The translations under genes and the position numbers were made by a program. The notes under the pieces were generated by a model that was not told the origin of the DNA, searched no databases, and saw only the letters and a list, made by a program, of their open reading frames with translations. A stretch of 24,000 bases of DNA from Atopococcus tabaci (lineage in GTDB: Bacteria > Bacillota > Bacilli > Lactobacillales > Carnobacteriaceae_A), in the NCBI GenBank assembly GCA_030535975.1, contig JAUNQW010000004.1:34590-58589 (forward strand), given 5' to 3'. Position 1 is the first letter of the stretch. Each line of letters opens with the position of its first letter. Shown one piece after another: positions 22,576-24,000 of the stretch.

Positions 22576-24000
22576 TTGTCAACGGTAGAATCTTATACCA
22601 GAAACACCATAACTAACAAAAACACTCTTTTTTCACCCATGAAATCAACGGTAGAAACTTCGTTTTATATGAATAATACCAAACACTTGTGTTCGGTTTC
22701 CCAAGCTTACGAATTATCTCTATTAAATAAAGGGATGATTGTCTTAGATCGAGAAGTATCTCATCCAGAGGAATTAGGCTTACCTGAGGGAGCAAAAATA
22801 CTAGTGGATAATGGTGGAGCTGTTACAGGTCGTACAGCAGCCGCGCGTCGCATTAAGGGAGATAACCCTAATGAAGATAAAGCGATAGAAAAGATTGCCC
22901 GCCAGGCTATTTTCGACAACCGTTTTCGTACTTTATATAATGCCTCAGCTTATGTCGGCTTAGATAAAGAATTTATGGTAAAGGCACATTTGAATATTCC
23001 GGAAGAATACGTAGGAAACCTTTACACATGGTTAATGAACTTCCAAGCCTGCAATGAAGCTTATGATGAACTTTACGAAAAATCCACTCACTATGAGAAG
23101 GAAAGTGACATTTTTGTCTACTGTGATCCAGATTGGCAGCACGAGGATTATCCGAATGGACTGGCTTATTTTGATGTCCTTCACAACACTGCGATTATCT
23201 TAGGCTTACAGTACTTTGGAGAGCTCAAAAAAGGAACGCTGACCTTAGCCTGGGCAACCGCTGAAAGAAATAATTATGTTCCCTGTCATGGCGGTCTAAA
23301 AATATTTAACCGCGAGAAGGATTCATATGTTGCATCGTTCTTTGGTTTATCCGGATCAGGTAAGTCCACTTTAACTCATGCCAAGCACGAGGATAAATAT
23401 GACATCAAGGTCTTGCATGATGATGCATTTATTATCGATAAAAAAGATGGCTCTTCTATCGCTCTAGAACCAGCTTACTTCGATAAAACCAATGATTACG
23501 CTGGAGGTCATCCGGCTCAGGACTATTTCGTCACTATTCAGAATATAGGTGTCGTTCCTGATGAAGAAGGTAAATTAGCCATTCAAGCAGATGACGTTCG
23601 AAATGGTAACGGACGGACAATAAAGTCACGTTACTCTACCGACAACCGAGTGGACCGTATTGAAGAAGGAATTGATTCTATTTTCTGGATCATCAAGGAT
23701 AATGCCTTCCCCCCAATTACTAAGATAACTAATTCTGCCTTAGCGACAGCATTTGGTTTAACCTTGATGACCAAACGTTCAACAGCTGAAAATTTAGTAG
23801 GCGGGCAGAAGCCGGGAGAAAAATTAGTGATTGAACCTTTCGCTAACCCGTTCCGTGTCTATCCTTTGATTAATGACTACAAAAACTTCAAATCTTTATT
23901 TGACAGTGACGTAGATTGCTATCTAATCAATACGGGAGACTTCATGGACCAGGATATTCCAAAAGAAGTCACTCTATCCATCTTAGAATCAATTGTTGAA
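22576..24000 (+). CDS. pckA: Phosphoenolpyruvate carboxykinase (ATP), N-terminal 475 aa (continues past window end)
   Basis: Not in the ORF track because it runs off the edge and starts at TTG. The frame is open from TTG 22576 (AAGGAGG 7 nt upstream, in-frame TAA at 22561) to 24000. It contains FFGLSGSGKSTLTH (PEPCK kinase-1a/P-loop), followed by LHDDAFIID and NGNGRTIK. Confidence 0.85.
   Translation, partial: MSTVESYTRNTITNKNTLFSPMKSTVETSFYMNNTKHLCSVSQAYELSLLNKGMIVLDREVSHPEELGLPEGAKILVDNGGAVTGRTAAARRIKGDNPNEDKAIEKIARQAIFDNRFRTLYNASAYVGLDKEFMVKAHLNIPEEYVGNLYTWLMNFQACNEAYDELYEKSTHYEKESDIFVYCDPDWQHEDYPNGLAYFDVLHNTAIILGLQYFGELKKGTLTLAWATAERNNYVPCHGGLKIFNREKDSYVASFFGLSGSGKSTLTHAKHEDKYDIKVLHDDAFIIDKKDGSSIALEPAYFDKTNDYAGGHPAQDYFVTIQNIGVVPDEEGKLAIQADDVRNGNGRTIKSRYSTDNRVDRIEEGIDSIFWIIKDNAFPPITKITNSALATAFGLTLMTKRSTAENLVGGQKPGEKLVIEPFANPFRVYPLINDYKNFKSLFDSDVDCYLINTGDFMDQDIPKEVTLSILESIVE

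Noticed and set aside
22613-22795. 60-aa minus-strand ORF
   Set aside because: It is antisense to the open pckA reading frame, and pckA has clear PEPCK motifs.
1-24000. Mobile elements, CRISPR arrays, defence islands, tRNA/rRNA genes
   Set aside because: I found no transposase, integrase or phage-like ORFs, no regularly spaced repeats, and no tRNA-like or rRNA-like sequence. The gene content is core metabolism and transport throughout.

Overview
Chromosomal segment of a low-GC Firmicute. The gene order and Shine-Dalgarno usage resemble Bacilli or Lactobacillales, but this taxon call is inference only. Almost the whole window is housekeeping or transport, mostly on the minus strand. In order: mutS2 (partial), cvpA, zapA, rnhC(+), a half-size AI-2E-like membrane protein, pheST behind a Phe T-box, an HxlR regulator, an HD-domain protein, a SpoU/TrmH methyltransferase, a PRiA4b-ORF3-like protein of unknown function (+), ald, a GNAT acetyltransferase (+), and a livJHMGF branched-chain amino acid (BCAA) ABC transporter operon that ends in a translationally coupled CBS-CBS-ACT (AcuB-like) gene. 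These are followed by a second, orphan livJ paralog, a polar amino acid ABC transporter behind a T-box that I read as His-specific, and a partial ATP-type PEP carboxykinase (+) with a cre box in its 5' UTR. I found no rRNA, tRNA, CRISPR, transposase or phage genes. The most interesting signal is in two intergenic leaders. Each of the two livJ paralogs sits behind a strong sigma-A-type promoter, a very short ORF with a near-consensus SD, a chain of mutually exclusive hairpins, and an intrinsic terminator. The short ORFs are too small for the ORF track, and each ends in a run of BCAA codons just before its stop (V-T-I-I-M-stop and L-L-L-V-M-stop). The geometry fits ribosome-mediated (leader-peptide) transcription attenuation of BCAA uptake genes, one leader reading Ile/Val and the other Leu. 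Several ORF-track starts look too long: zapA, ald, the HD protein and hxlR were re-called from SD positions.
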